In this document: positions 10,181 through 19,352 of the stretch, piece by piece
Layout: each line of letters opens with the position of its first letter
Position numbering within the stretch: the first letter of the stretch is position 1
Assembly (NCBI GenBank): GCA_041686025.1
Contig: JAWLEP010000010.1
Span: forward strand, 1-41,295
Direction of reading: 5' to 3'
DNA: 41,295 nucleotides
DNA from: Candidatus Fermentibacteraceae bacterium
Lineage (GTDB): Bacteria > Fermentibacterota > Fermentibacteria > Fermentibacterales > JCC-6
The notes under the pieces: generated by a model
Told to the model about the DNA's origin: nothing
The model's input: only the letters and a program-made list of their open reading frames with translations
Databases searched by the model: none
Made by a program: the position numbers and the translations under genes

Positions 10181-11770
10181 TCAGCCCTCTCCCCCGGCGT
10201 CTGCGTTTTCCGCCTGCCCGGCGAGAAGGCCCTCCAGACGCTCGATTACGGCCTCAGCCTCTTTGCGCACATCCTCTAGCATATACCTTTCTGACCCCGA
10301 AACCAGCGCCTCGGCGTGCCTCCAGCAGGCCACCACAGACCGAACCGTTATGCGGTCGGTGCCCCGAAGGGCCAGCATTCGGGCCAGCTCCCGGCCCTCC
10401 ACGTATCCCTCCTCGCCGGTGAGCAGCCGGCTGAGGGACGCTTCCAGCGCGGAGAGAAGCTCGTCCGGGTCGGAGGCCTCACCCACTGAGGCCGGGGTCT
10501 CCCTCCTGCGGCACCGCAGGGCCAGCAGGAGGGCAGACAGCGCGGCAAGCGCTACCAGCCCCGCCGCCACTGTGGTGGCGGAAGGACCGCCGGACTCGCC
10601 GGTTTCCGCCATGACCGCCCCCTCCGTTGCCGATGGCGGGAGGACGTCCACCCGTTCGGGGCCGAATGCGGCCTGGTGGAAGGTCCCGTCCGCGGGGTCC
10701 AGCCAGGCCACGCTGTCCGGCCCCAGGACCACACTTCCGCTGTCGGTGGGAGTCAGCAGGCAGGTCCAGGTCCTTCGCTTCCGGCCGCTGCTGCTCGCCA
10801 CCACCTCCAGGTCCGCCGGACCACGCACGCTCACGCCGGGAAAGGCCTCCAGGAAACGGGCCCCCTCCCCCTCTGCCGTCAGCTTCACCGGCCGCTCGGA
10901 GGAGCCCTCGGGGCACTCCCCAACCTCCAGGAGGAGACGAACCTCCCCCACCGCACCGCCGAAGTTGTCCGGCCTGCCCCGCCGGGGTATTGGATGCACC
11001 GGAACCCTGACGCTGTCGCTCTTCAGGCTCACTCCGCTGCCCAGGGGCGATCCGCGGGCGAAGGCCACGGCGTTCACCTCCACGAAGGGCACCAGCACGC
11101 TGCCCGGACAGGCCGGGACCATCTCCAGCGCCAGGATCTCCGCCCGGGAGAAGAGCCCGTCCTCGGCCTGCCAGCGGGGATCCCCCGGATCCTCGGCCAG
11201 CCTGACCACGGCGTGCTCGGGGGAGTCCCAGCTCCTGGTGATGCGGCGCAGGGGATAGCGGGTATGGAGGATGTAGCGAATCCTGAGGGGCATTCCGGCG
11301 TAGAGCCTGGGGGGCATCTCGGGCACCGCCTCCAGCCATATGGACCTCGAAGAGCCCGGAAGCTGCGGAGACCCTGCGCCCTCTCCCTCCCCTCCCCCGG
11401 CGGCGCTGTCGGGAAGGACCACGAGTCGAAGCGATCCCAGGTCGTGTACTTCGCCGTCGCCGGTGCGAACCACGATGGGGCCCAGGCTCAGCGTGCCGGC
11501 CCGAAGGGCCGCATATCGCAGGGCAACCTCCGCCCTCCGGACGGTGGTGCGGCGGCCGTTCACAATGGAGGTCCTGATGGAGGTGGAGCTGCTGCGGCCC
11601 TGAAAGGAGAGTCCCCGGGCCGACGGGGGCTCCAGGTCCAGTCCGGAGACGCTCTCGCCCTCGGCCGTGATCGTCAACTGGAAGCTCTCGGCCGTGCGGA
11701 CGGTGTCCGGGGCATCGACGGAGAGCCCGGACGACGCGGCCAGGTAGCAGCAGACCAGCAGCGCTACCAG
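10181..11770 (-). CDS. batD: BatD-family protein, probable CTG start
   Basis: Extending to CTG 11770 (GGAGG 5 nt upstream) adds a signal peptide (LVALLVCCYLAASS) and 'APDTVRTAESFQLTITAEG'. Also 'SSSTSIRTSIVNGR', 'P...RPDNFGGAVG' and a C-terminal TM; last gene of a MoxR-Bat operon. Confidence 0.75.
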   Translation of the reverse strand: MVALLVCCYLAASSGLSVDAPDTVRTAESFQLTITAEGESVSGLDLEPPSARGLSFQGRSSSTSIRTSIVNGRRTTVRRAEVALRYAALRAGTLSLGPIVVRTGDGEVHDLGSLRLVVLPDSAAGGGEGEGAGSPQLPGSSRSIWLEAVPEMPPRLYAGMPLRIRYILHTRYPLRRITRSWDSPEHAVVRLAEDPGDPRWQAEDGLFSRAEILALEMVPACPGSVLVPFVEVNAVAFARGSPLGSGVSLKSDSVRVPVHPIPRRGRPDNFGGAVGEVRLLLEVGECPEGSSERPVKLTAEGEGARFLEAFPGVSVRGPADLEVVASSSGRKRRTWTCLLTPTDSGSVVLGPDSVAWLDPADGTFHQAAFGPERVDVLPPSATEGAVMAETGESGGPSATTVAAGLVALAALSALLLALRCRRRETPASVGEASDPDELLSALEASLSRLLTGEEGYVEGRELARMLALRGTDRITVRSVVACWRHAEALVSGSERYMLEDVRKEAEAVIERLEGLLAGQAENADAGGEG

Positions 11771-12492
11771 GACAGCCTCCCCCCCGCCGCGCCCGCCTTG
11801 AGGGTGTCTCCGGGAGAGGCCTCATCCACCATGTCCAGTATCCTGCGGGCCATCTCCGGCGTCATCTCCTCCGGAACCCGGGGCACCTCGCTCTCCCCGC
11901 GCTCCCCCTCCCGCCGGTCATCGGCGTCCTCCTCCTGCTGCTGCGGCGACTGCCGGTCCTCTCCGCCGCCCTCGCTTTCCCGGCCCTCATCCTCCTGCTG
12001 CCGGTCTTCCCGTGAATCGCCTCCGCCCCCTTCCTGCGGAGGTGGCGGCTGGTGGCTGCGCAGCCACAGAAGGGCGGCCTCCAGGTTGGCGGCGTCCACG
12101 CCGGCGGGGTCACCCCTTCGGGTCAGAAGCGACCTGAGGGTATCGGCGGCGGCGCTGACGCCGCCGTGATCCCCCGCCGCCATGGAGGCTGCCAGAGAGG
12201 CGGCGGCCGCCGCGGAGGACAGCGTGTCGGAGGGTACGTCCAGGACGCCCTCTCCCGGGGCCAGCCCCCGGACTGTGGAATCCGCCATGGAGAAGGCAGA
12301 GTCGGCGAACAGCGCGGCGGCCAGATCCAGGGCCAGCCTGTGATTGTGGGGCATTCGGACGCTCAGTGAGTCCAGCACGGCGGCGGCCTCTTCCGGCCGG
12401 CCCTCCGAGAGCATCCGCAGCGCCTCTTCCGCGGCCGCGGCGGGAGGCATGCCCCCGAAAAGGAAGGCGGCCGCCATCAGCAGGGGGGTCAC
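11764..12492 (-). CDS. batC: BatC-like TPR protein with Q/E-rich linker
   Basis: Signal peptide, degenerate TPR ending 'DAANLEAAL', QQEDE-rich linker and 'MTPEMARRILDMV' tail; located after batB. Confidence 0.65.
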   Translation of the reverse strand: MTPLLMAAAFLFGGMPPAAAAEEALRMLSEGRPEEAAAVLDSLSVRMPHNHRLALDLAAALFADSAFSMADSTVRGLAPGEGVLDVPSDTLSSAAAAASLAASMAAGDHGGVSAAADTLRSLLTRRGDPAGVDAANLEAALLWLRSHQPPPPQEGGGGDSREDRQQEDEGRESEGGGEDRQSPQQQEEDADDRREGERGESEVPRVPEEMTPEMARRILDMVDEASPGDTLKAGAAGGRLSW

Positions 12493-13472
12493 AGCAGCTT
12501 CCTCTCCGCGGCCCAGGCGGCGGCCCCCAGCAGCATGGCGGCCAGAAGGAAGAGATGGAACCGCCGCGCCGGGGCCAGGGCGGCCCCGGAGACGCTCCTC
12601 AGGCCTCCCGATTCCATTATCCCCTGCAGTCCCTCCGCCAGCCGGTTTGTCTCTGAGGCCTCCAGGTATACGCCACCTGTGCTGCGGGCCAGCTCCCTCA
12701 GCGGCTCCGCGTTCAGGGCGGTGAGCACCGTGTCGCCCTGTGCGTCGGTCAGCACGCCCCCCCTGCCGTCGGGGACGGGAACGGAGTCGGCGCCTCCCAC
12801 GCCCACCGTGGATATCGTGAGCGCTCTCTGTGTGGCTCTGTGGGCGGCGCTGACGGTGGAGTAGTCGTGGAAGCCGCCGTCGGAGAGGATCAGCCCCGCC
12901 GATGACTCCAGGTCCATGTCCGGCACCACCGCCGCCATGACGTCCACCAGGTTTCTCAGGCGGGTGCCCGGGGGAAGGTCGCCCACCTCGTAGGGCGAGG
13001 AGGGCAGCCGGCCGAAGAGGAACTCCCTGTCCATGGTCAGGGGCACCGCCAGCCTGGCCCGGTCCGCGAACAGGACCAGCGCCATGCGGGTGTCCGGCAT
13101 GCCGGCGGCCAGACGGCGGACCACCGCCGCCGCCCTGCCCAGCCTGCTGGGTACCTCGTCCCCCGAGGCCATGGATGCCGATACGTCAATGGCCACCACC
13201 AGGTTCCTTCCGCCCGTCGGGCTAACCGTCTCCCCCAGCCCCCACAGCGGGCCGGCCAGCGCCAGCACCGCCGCGGTGACCGACGCCAGCCACAGGGCGG
13301 TGGACAGGGCCCGGCCGGTGGGCGGCCGCACACCCACCTTCCGCCACAGGGCGGGCCGTACGAAGCGCCTCAGGCGCTTCCGCTCCGCCCGGGCGGCGAA
13401 CACCCTCACCACCAGCAGCAGGGGCACCGCCAGCAGGCCCAGCAGAAGCCAGGGATGCTCGAAGGAGGGCAT
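12489..13472 (-). CDS. batB: BatB-like VWA domain protein
   Basis: FEHPWLLLGLLAVP N-terminus, MIDAS DVSAS, 'LAVPLTMD', 'LSDG'; ATG 13472 in TGATG overlap with batA. Confidence 0.8.
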   Translation of the reverse strand: MPSFEHPWLLLGLLAVPLLLVVRVFAARAERKRLRRFVRPALWRKVGVRPPTGRALSTALWLASVTAAVLALAGPLWGLGETVSPTGGRNLVVAIDVSASMASGDEVPSRLGRAAAVVRRLAAGMPDTRMALVLFADRARLAVPLTMDREFLFGRLPSSPYEVGDLPPGTRLRNLVDVMAAVVPDMDLESSAGLILSDGGFHDYSTVSAAHRATQRALTISTVGVGGADSVPVPDGRGGVLTDAQGDTVLTALNAEPLRELARSTGGVYLEASETNRLAEGLQGIMESGGLRSVSGAALAPARRFHLFLLAAMLLGAAAWAAERKLL

Positions 13473-14404
13473 CACTGGCCCACCACCTTCATGGGGCCCC
13501 ATCTGAGGAGCAGGGATATCACCAGCAGGAAGACCCCCGGGACCACCAGGGGCATGTGGTGGTCCCGGTAGACGAACAGACCCTCCCCGGGAAGCGTGGA
13601 GGCCTCCAGGGAGTCGATGGCCCGGTAGACCCCGTTCAGGTCGGCCCGGGAGTAGACGTCGAACAGCCTCCCCCCGCAGGTGGCGGCTATGGAGGACAGA
13701 GTCTCCCTGTCCACCTCGTAGCCCAGTACCGGTGAGGTGGTGCCTATGGCCACCGTGTAGACCCGGAGGCTGTCGCCGTGCAGGGTGCTCACCGCCCGGG
13801 CCACCGTGACCGGGTCCACCGCCCCCACGGTCTCCACGCCGTCGGAGAGCAGGACTATCACCCGGCGCTCCGCCTGTGAGTACTCAAGACCCGAGGCGGC
13901 CACCGCCAGGCCCTGGCCGATGGAAGTGCCGTCGGGCAGCAGGCCCGGCTCCGCGGCCTCCAGCAGCCTTGTCAGGCTTTCGTGGTCCTGGGTCGGAGGG
14001 CAGACGGTCATGGCTTCGGCGGCGTAGACCACCAGGCCTATCCTGTCCCCCGGACGGCCCGCGATGAACTCCAGGGCCGCCTCCTTGGCCGCCTGCAGGC
14101 GGTTGGGCCTGTAGTCCTCGGCCAGCATGCTGGTGGAGATGTCCAGCGACAGCACTATGTCCACCCCCTCACCTGGTCTGGGAAGCCTCTCGTAGCCGCT
14201 CTGGGGCCTGGCCAGGGCCAGAAGAAGCGCCAGCGCGGAGAGGGCCAGCAGGAGGTCGGGGAAGCGGCTGGCCAGGCCCGCCACATGGAAAGCGAAAGGA
14301 CCGGTGTAGGGCAGCGCGGAGCTTCGTCGTCTGCGGGCGAGTATCACCGCCAGAACCACCGCCGCCAGGGCCGCCAGCGCTCCGGGCCAGAAGGCGAGCC
14401 TCAT
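13472..14404 (-). CDS. batA: BatA-like VWA domain protein
   Basis: ALARPQ, GVDIVLSLDISTSMLAEDYRPNRL, DRIGLVVY, GTSIGQGL, VLLSDG; ATG 14404 in an ATGA overlap. Confidence 0.85.
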   Translation of the reverse strand: MRLAFWPGALAALAAVVLAVILARRRRSSALPYTGPFAFHVAGLASRFPDLLLALSALALLLALARPQSGYERLPRPGEGVDIVLSLDISTSMLAEDYRPNRLQAAKEAALEFIAGRPGDRIGLVVYAAEAMTVCPPTQDHESLTRLLEAAEPGLLPDGTSIGQGLAVAASGLEYSQAERRVIVLLSDGVETVGAVDPVTVARAVSTLHGDSLRVYTVAIGTTSPVLGYEVDRETLSSIAATCGGRLFDVYSRADLNGVYRAIDSLEASTLPGEGLFVYRDHHMPLVVPGVFLLVISLLLRWGPMKVVGQ

Positions 14405-15234
14405 CGGCCGCACCACCTCTCCGCCAGGGAGGCCAGCCTTCTCACGTGGGAGGCCGCCCGCTCGCGGCTGCTCCCCCATCCTGCGTAGAGCTGAAGGACA
14501 ACCTCCCGGGCCAGCGGCTCGGCCTCGCTCCACAGCTCCCTGCCATCGGGCCGGGCCGACAGCGCCGCCGCGATCTGGGTGTAGGTGAGGGGGCGGCAGT
14601 CCAGGCCGGCCGCAGCACCGATCACCTCCCTCAGCACGCCGTCGTAGCGGGAGTAGAGCTCCTCCCAGTCCCCGGAGGCGAACGCGGGGGTCTCCAGAAG
14701 GGCCTCCGCCCGCTCAGCCGGGGACTTCGGGCGGGCCTCCGCGGCGGGCCCGGGCCTGCGCCTCCTCCTTCTGAGGAGGAGCCAGCCCCCGGCGGCGGCG
14801 GCCAGGGCCGCGGCGGCCAGAGCGTAGGACAGCCACTGCGAGGAAGGTGCTCCCATGGAATCCCAGAACCTGTGGCGGTCGGTGTAGTCGCCGGGCAGAC
14901 CCGGGGGTATCCTGGGGTCCACGCGCGACGGAAAAGAGACCCTGTACGATGTATCGGCCATGGTGGACCGAACGGGGATGGCAGGCATCTGCGCCGCAGT
15001 TGTGTCGTCTTCCCTCACCAGAACAAGGGGGGGCATTCTCAGGGTGTCCAGAACCAGGGGTACCACCGCCGCGGAATCACCCCTCTGCCAGAGAAGGGCA
15101 AAGGTGCTGTCGGACTGCAGCGGCTGTGCCCGCCAGCCCTCGGGGACCGGCAGCTGCAGCTTGACGGTGTCGCCCAGGGCCGGGGCCGGGGGCGCCGAAC
15201 CCGTCAGCAGGCAGAGGAGGAGGCCGGCAAGCAC
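14401..15234 (-). CDS. Hypothetical membrane protein of the MoxR-Bat operon
   Basis: Signal peptide plus one TM helix followed by a basic stretch; GGAGGAGG RBS; lies between DUF58 and batA. Confidence 0.65.
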   Translation of the reverse strand: MLAGLLLCLLTGSAPPAPALGDTVKLQLPVPEGWRAQPLQSDSTFALLWQRGDSAAVVPLVLDTLRMPPLVLVREDDTTAAQMPAIPVRSTMADTSYRVSFPSRVDPRIPPGLPGDYTDRHRFWDSMGAPSSQWLSYALAAAALAAAAGGWLLLRRRRRRPGPAAEARPKSPAERAEALLETPAFASGDWEELYSRYDGVLREVIGAAAGLDCRPLTYTQIAAALSARPDGRELWSEAEPLAREVVLQLYAGWGSSRERAASHVRRLASLAERWCGR

Positions 15235-15235
15235 G

Positions 15236-16123
15236 TCAGTGCCTCCTCCTTCTTCTGCGAAGGGCGAAGAAGCGCCTCAGGGGCACCACCAGGTCCTCGG
15301 CGGTGCTCACGCTCACCAGGTCCACTCCGGAGGAGGAGCAGAGCTCCCTCCTGCTCTCCCGTCTCTCCGCCACCCTGCGGGCGAACTCCCTTCTCCAGGC
15401 GCGTGAGGAGGTGTCCACCACGGACTCCCGTCCGGTCTCGGGGTCGGCCAGGCGCATCCGGCCCAGGGGCGGGAAGTGGACCTCCCGGGGGTCGTAGACG
15501 CTTATCCCCACCACGTCGTGCCTGGCCGCCGTGGCCCGCAGAAGCCTGGAGGTCTCGGGCGCGAACCTGAAGTCGCTGATCAGAAACAGAAGGGAGCGTC
15601 TGTGCAGCATCCTGCCGGTGTACGACAGCGCCCGGTCCAGGTGGGCCGCCTTCCCCGTGCTCTCGGCCTCCAGGATCCGGCCCACTACTCCCAGGGCGTG
15701 GCGCCGGCCCTTGCCCGGAGGTACGTATCCCGTAACTTCCGATCCGAAGGTGAGAAGGCCTACGCGATCACCGCTGCGTACCGCCGACAGGGCCAGAACG
15801 GCCGAGATCTCCGCCACCCGCTCGGCCTTGGTCATCACCACCGAGCCGAAGCCCAGGCTGGCGGAGGTGTCCACCATGAGCAGGGCGGACAGCTCACGCT
15901 CCTCGGTCATGATCTTCACGTGGGGGTAGCCGGTCCTGGCGGTGACGTTCCAGTCTATGGTCCGGGGGTCGTCGCCCTCCATGTACTCGCGGAAGTCGGA
16001 GAACTCCACGCCCCTGCCCCGGAAGACGGACTTGTAGTCGCCCCCCACCAGCTGCTCCACCAGCCTGCGGGTGTATATCTCGATCCGCCTGACCTGGGCC
16101 AGTGCCGCTCGCCTGCTGCTCAT
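15236..16123 (-). CDS. DUF58 domain protein (MoxR partner)
   Basis: YKSVFRGRGVEFSDFREYMEGDDPRTIDWNVTAR, EERE, DTSAS, ISDF. Confidence 0.93.
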   Translation of the reverse strand: MSSRRAALAQVRRIEIYTRRLVEQLVGGDYKSVFRGRGVEFSDFREYMEGDDPRTIDWNVTARTGYPHVKIMTEERELSALLMVDTSASLGFGSVVMTKAERVAEISAVLALSAVRSGDRVGLLTFGSEVTGYVPPGKGRRHALGVVGRILEAESTGKAAHLDRALSYTGRMLHRRSLLFLISDFRFAPETSRLLRATAARHDVVGISVYDPREVHFPPLGRMRLADPETGRESVVDTSSRAWRREFARRVAERRESRRELCSSSGVDLVSVSTAEDLVVPLRRFFALRRRRRRH

Positions 16124-16128
16124 GGGGG

Positions 16129-17121
16129 CTACTTGACCGGTACCCGGTCCAGCACCGTGTCTACTATCTCCTCGACGCCCACCTCTTCGGCCTCGGCCTC
16201 GAAGGAGCGGATTATCCTGTGGCGGAGGACCTCGTGGGCCACCGTTTTCACGTGCTCGGGCGTCACGTAGGCCTGCCCCGCCATGAGAGCGCTGGCCCTG
16301 GAGGCGGCCTGGAGGGCCAGAGTGGCCCTGGGGCTCGCGCCGTAGCTGATGAGCTCCTCCAGCTCGCCGAGGCCCGCGCCTGCGGGGTATCTGGTGGCCT
16401 CCACCAGCCTCACCATGTAATCCACCAGGCTCTCCTCCACCACCACCCGGTCGGTGAGCAGCTGCAGCTCCAGTATCCTCTCGGGGCGAAGGACCTTCTG
16501 CGCACCGGGCCGGGTGTGGCCCCCCATCCTGGAGAGTATCACCTTCTCCTGCTGCGCCGTAGGGTAGTCCACCAGGAGCTTCAGAAGGAAGCGGTCCACC
16601 TGGGCCTCGGGAAGCGGATAGGTGCCCTCCTGCTCGATGGGGTTCTGGGTTGCCATGACGAAGAAGGGACGGGGAAGCGGGTGGCTCTCCCCCCCGATGG
16701 TCACCTGGCGCTCCTGCATGGCCTCCAGCAGGGCGCTCTGGACCTTGGCCGGCGCCCGGTTGATCTCATCGGCCAGTATCATCTGGCTGAACACCGGCCC
16801 CCGCCTGGTGGTGAAGGTGCCGCTGTCCGGCCCGTAGACCATGGTTCCGGTGAGGTCGGCGGGAAGGAGGTCGGGGGTGAACTGTATCCTGGTGAAGCTG
16901 GCGTCCAGGCAGTCTGACAGTGTGCGGGCCGCCAGGGTCTTGGCCAGACCGGGAACGCCCTCTATGAGCACGTGTCCGTCGCAGAGCAGCGCCCTCAGCA
17001 GCCCGTCACGCAGATCCTCCTGGCCCACCAGGACCCCGGACATCTGCTCCCGCAGCCGCCTCAGGTCCCCGCTGCTCTCCTGAATCTCGCTCTCCAGCCT
17101 CTCAACGGTCTCCCTGCTCAT
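16129..17121 (-). CDS. moxR: MoxR-family AAA+ ATPase
   Basis: GVPGLAKT, RIQFTPDLLPAD, DEINRAPAKVQSALLEAMQERQVT, ATQNPIEQEGTYPLPEAQVDRF. Confidence 0.97.
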   Translation of the reverse strand: MSRETVERLESEIQESSGDLRRLREQMSGVLVGQEDLRDGLLRALLCDGHVLIEGVPGLAKTLAARTLSDCLDASFTRIQFTPDLLPADLTGTMVYGPDSGTFTTRRGPVFSQMILADEINRAPAKVQSALLEAMQERQVTIGGESHPLPRPFFVMATQNPIEQEGTYPLPEAQVDRFLLKLLVDYPTAQQEKVILSRMGGHTRPGAQKVLRPERILELQLLTDRVVVEESLVDYMVRLVEATRYPAGAGLGELEELISYGASPRATLALQAASRASALMAGQAYVTPEHVKTVAHEVLRHRIIRSFEAEAEEVGVEEIVDTVLDRVPVK

Positions 17122-18472
17122 CCAGCTCCCTCCCGGCCGCTTTCAGGTGTCGCCTGATCATCTTCTCGTAGCCCTCCAGCGCCTCCGGACTCTCCGCCTC
17201 GAAGCGCATAACCAGAACCGGCTGGGTGTTGGAGGCCCGAAGCAGGCCCCATCCGTCGGGGAACTCGACCCGAACTCCGTCGATGTCGATTACGTCCATT
17301 CCCTCGTCCGCCAGCCGGCGTCTGACTATATCCACGAGGGCGAACTTTTGTTCCTCGGTGCACTCCTCCCGTATCTCGGGAGTGCTCCATACCCGGGGCA
17401 GGTCGGCGGTGAGGGCCGACATGGGCCGCCCCGTCCCGGCCAGTACCTCCAGCAGCCGCAGGCTGGCGTAGAGGGCGTCGTCGAAACCGTAGTACCTGTC
17501 GCGGTAGAAGATGTGGCCGCTCATCTCCCCCGCCAGCATGGCGTCCTCCCCGGCCATGCGCTCCTTTATGATGGAATGTCCCGTGGCCGACATAACCGGC
17601 TTTCCGCCGGCCCTCTCCACCTCGCTGAAGAAGAGCCTGGAGGCCTTGACCTCCGAGATGACCGTGGCCCCGGGCCTCTCGTCCAGAAGGGCTCTGGCCA
17701 GCACTATGAGGACCCTGTCCCCCCAGACGATGTCGCCCTTCTCGTCCACCACCCCCAGGCGGTCGGCGTCCCCGTCGAAGGCGATGCCCAGATCGGCCCC
17801 CTCGGAGACGACCCTCCGGCGCAGGTCCGCCAGGTTCTCCACCACCGTGGGGTCCGGATGGTGGTTGGGGAAGTCGCCGTCGGGACGGCAGTACAGCTCG
17901 GTGACCCTGCAGCCGAGCCTCCGCAGCACACGGCAGGCCACCTCGCCCCCCGCACCGTTTCCCCCGTCCACCACAACGCGCAGGGAGCGGGGATAGCTGA
18001 ACTCGGAAACCAGCCTGTCCATGTAGTCATCGGAGAGGTCCCTGGGTTCCATGGGCGGCTCCCCCGCCTCCCGGGGGACTTCCACCCCCTCCATGCGGCG
18101 GGCGATCTCCTGTATGTCCCCTCCGTAGAGGGTCCGCAGTCCCTGCATCATCTTGAACCCGTTGTACTCGGGAGGGTTGTGGCTACCGGTTATCATCACC
18201 GTGGCCGCCGGCCGCAGCTCGTGGGCCGCGTAGTAGGTCATGGGCGTGCTCTGGGCTCCCAGGTCCACCACCCGGGCCCCGGAGAGGACCAGCCCCTCCG
18301 ACAGCCAGCGCAGCAGCCGGGGCCCCGACTTTCTGACGTCCCGTCCCACGCAGACCGTACCTCCGCCGGCCATATCCCCCAGGACCGCCCCCAGCCTTGC
18401 CACGGTGTCCCGATCCAGGTCTTCGGGGTACCTTCCTCGGATGTCGTACTTCCTGAAGATGGAGCTTCTCAT
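17102..18472 (-). CDS. Phosphomannomutase/phosphoglucomutase (AlgC-like)
   Basis: FRKYDIRG, ITGSHNPPEYNG (phosphoserine loop), FDGDADR (metal site), GEMSGH, RASNTQP. Confidence 0.95.
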   Translation of the reverse strand: MRSSIFRKYDIRGRYPEDLDRDTVARLGAVLGDMAGGGTVCVGRDVRKSGPRLLRWLSEGLVLSGARVVDLGAQSTPMTYYAAHELRPAATVMITGSHNPPEYNGFKMMQGLRTLYGGDIQEIARRMEGVEVPREAGEPPMEPRDLSDDYMDRLVSEFSYPRSLRVVVDGGNGAGGEVACRVLRRLGCRVTELYCRPDGDFPNHHPDPTVVENLADLRRRVVSEGADLGIAFDGDADRLGVVDEKGDIVWGDRVLIVLARALLDERPGATVISEVKASRLFFSEVERAGGKPVMSATGHSIIKERMAGEDAMLAGEMSGHIFYRDRYYGFDDALYASLRLLEVLAGTGRPMSALTADLPRVWSTPEIREECTEEQKFALVDIVRRRLADEGMDVIDIDGVRVEFPDGWGLLRASNTQPVLVMRFEAESPEALEGYEKMIRRHLKAAGRELDEQGDR

Positions 18473-18503
18473 ACTGCATCTCCCATGCCTGTTCGGTTTG
18501 GAA

Positions 18504-19310
18504 TCAGTCCAGCGGCAGGCCCGCCTGGTACTCGCCCTGCTTCTTGCCCTGACGCAGCCAGCCCCCGTGGCTGAGCATCACCTGCCGGGCCAGCTCGTCG
18601 GATAGCTCCATTCTGTCGGATGCTCCCCGGGGCTGGCCCCTGAAGGATATCCGCAGCTCGGCCGAGGGGGCGGACATCTCCAGGGTAACGCTGAGTATGG
18701 AGTCCACGGGCGCCAGCGCAACGGTCCGGGAGAGCATGCCGCGCAGGGCCTTGGCCAGGTACTCCCTGCTGCCCCGGATCATCACCTCCTCGTCCATGGC
18801 CACCGTGAGGTTCATCCTCTTCTCCCGCAGCTCCTCCGCACAGGTCTGTATGGCCTCCGAGAGCAGCTCGTCCAGCGCCAGCCTCCGGTCCCACCCTTCG
18901 GGGAGGGACATGCCGCCCCCTGCACCTTCGCCCTCCCCCAGGGCGATGGCCCGCAGCTGGTCGATCTCGGCCAGGGTCTGCCGCTGCGTGGACAGGGCCG
19001 CGGCCGCCGAGCGCAGCCTGGCCAGACCCCGCTTCACTCCCGCCGGGTCCCTCTCTCCGGGACGGGACATGGCCTCCACCTCGTCCAGGATCTCCTCCAG
19101 GGGGGACTCGAAGGTCCCCGAGACGGCGGAGAGGAGCTCCAGGCGGTCTTTCTGCAGGTCGGCCAGCTCCTCGCTCATCTTGCCCAGCTGGTGACGCAGC
19201 GAAGACAGCCTGCGGGAGAGCTTCCGGCCCCTTCGGCGCTGGTGCTCCAGCACCACCAGGGCGGCCAGAACGGCCACCAGGAGAAGCGCCTCCTCCCAGG
19301 AGCTGATCAT
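18504..19310 (-). CDS. Membrane-anchored histidine-kinase-like protein lacking catalytic motifs
   Basis: N-terminal TM, coiled coil, HisKA-like 'LLSAVSGTFESPL' and HATPase-like C-terminus ending 'LARQVMLSHGGWL'. Confidence 0.6.
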   Translation of the reverse strand: MISSWEEALLLVAVLAALVVLEHQRRRGRKLSRRLSSLRHQLGKMSEELADLQKDRLELLSAVSGTFESPLEEILDEVEAMSRPGERDPAGVKRGLARLRSAAAALSTQRQTLAEIDQLRAIALGEGEGAGGGMSLPEGWDRRLALDELLSEAIQTCAEELREKRMNLTVAMDEEVMIRGSREYLAKALRGMLSRTVALAPVDSILSVTLEMSAPSAELRISFRGQPRGASDRMELSDELARQVMLSHGGWLRQGKKQGEYQAGLPLD

Positions 19311-19352
19311 CTATCCCCCTCTCGGTCCGTCATCCCCAACGCCAACGGGAAC

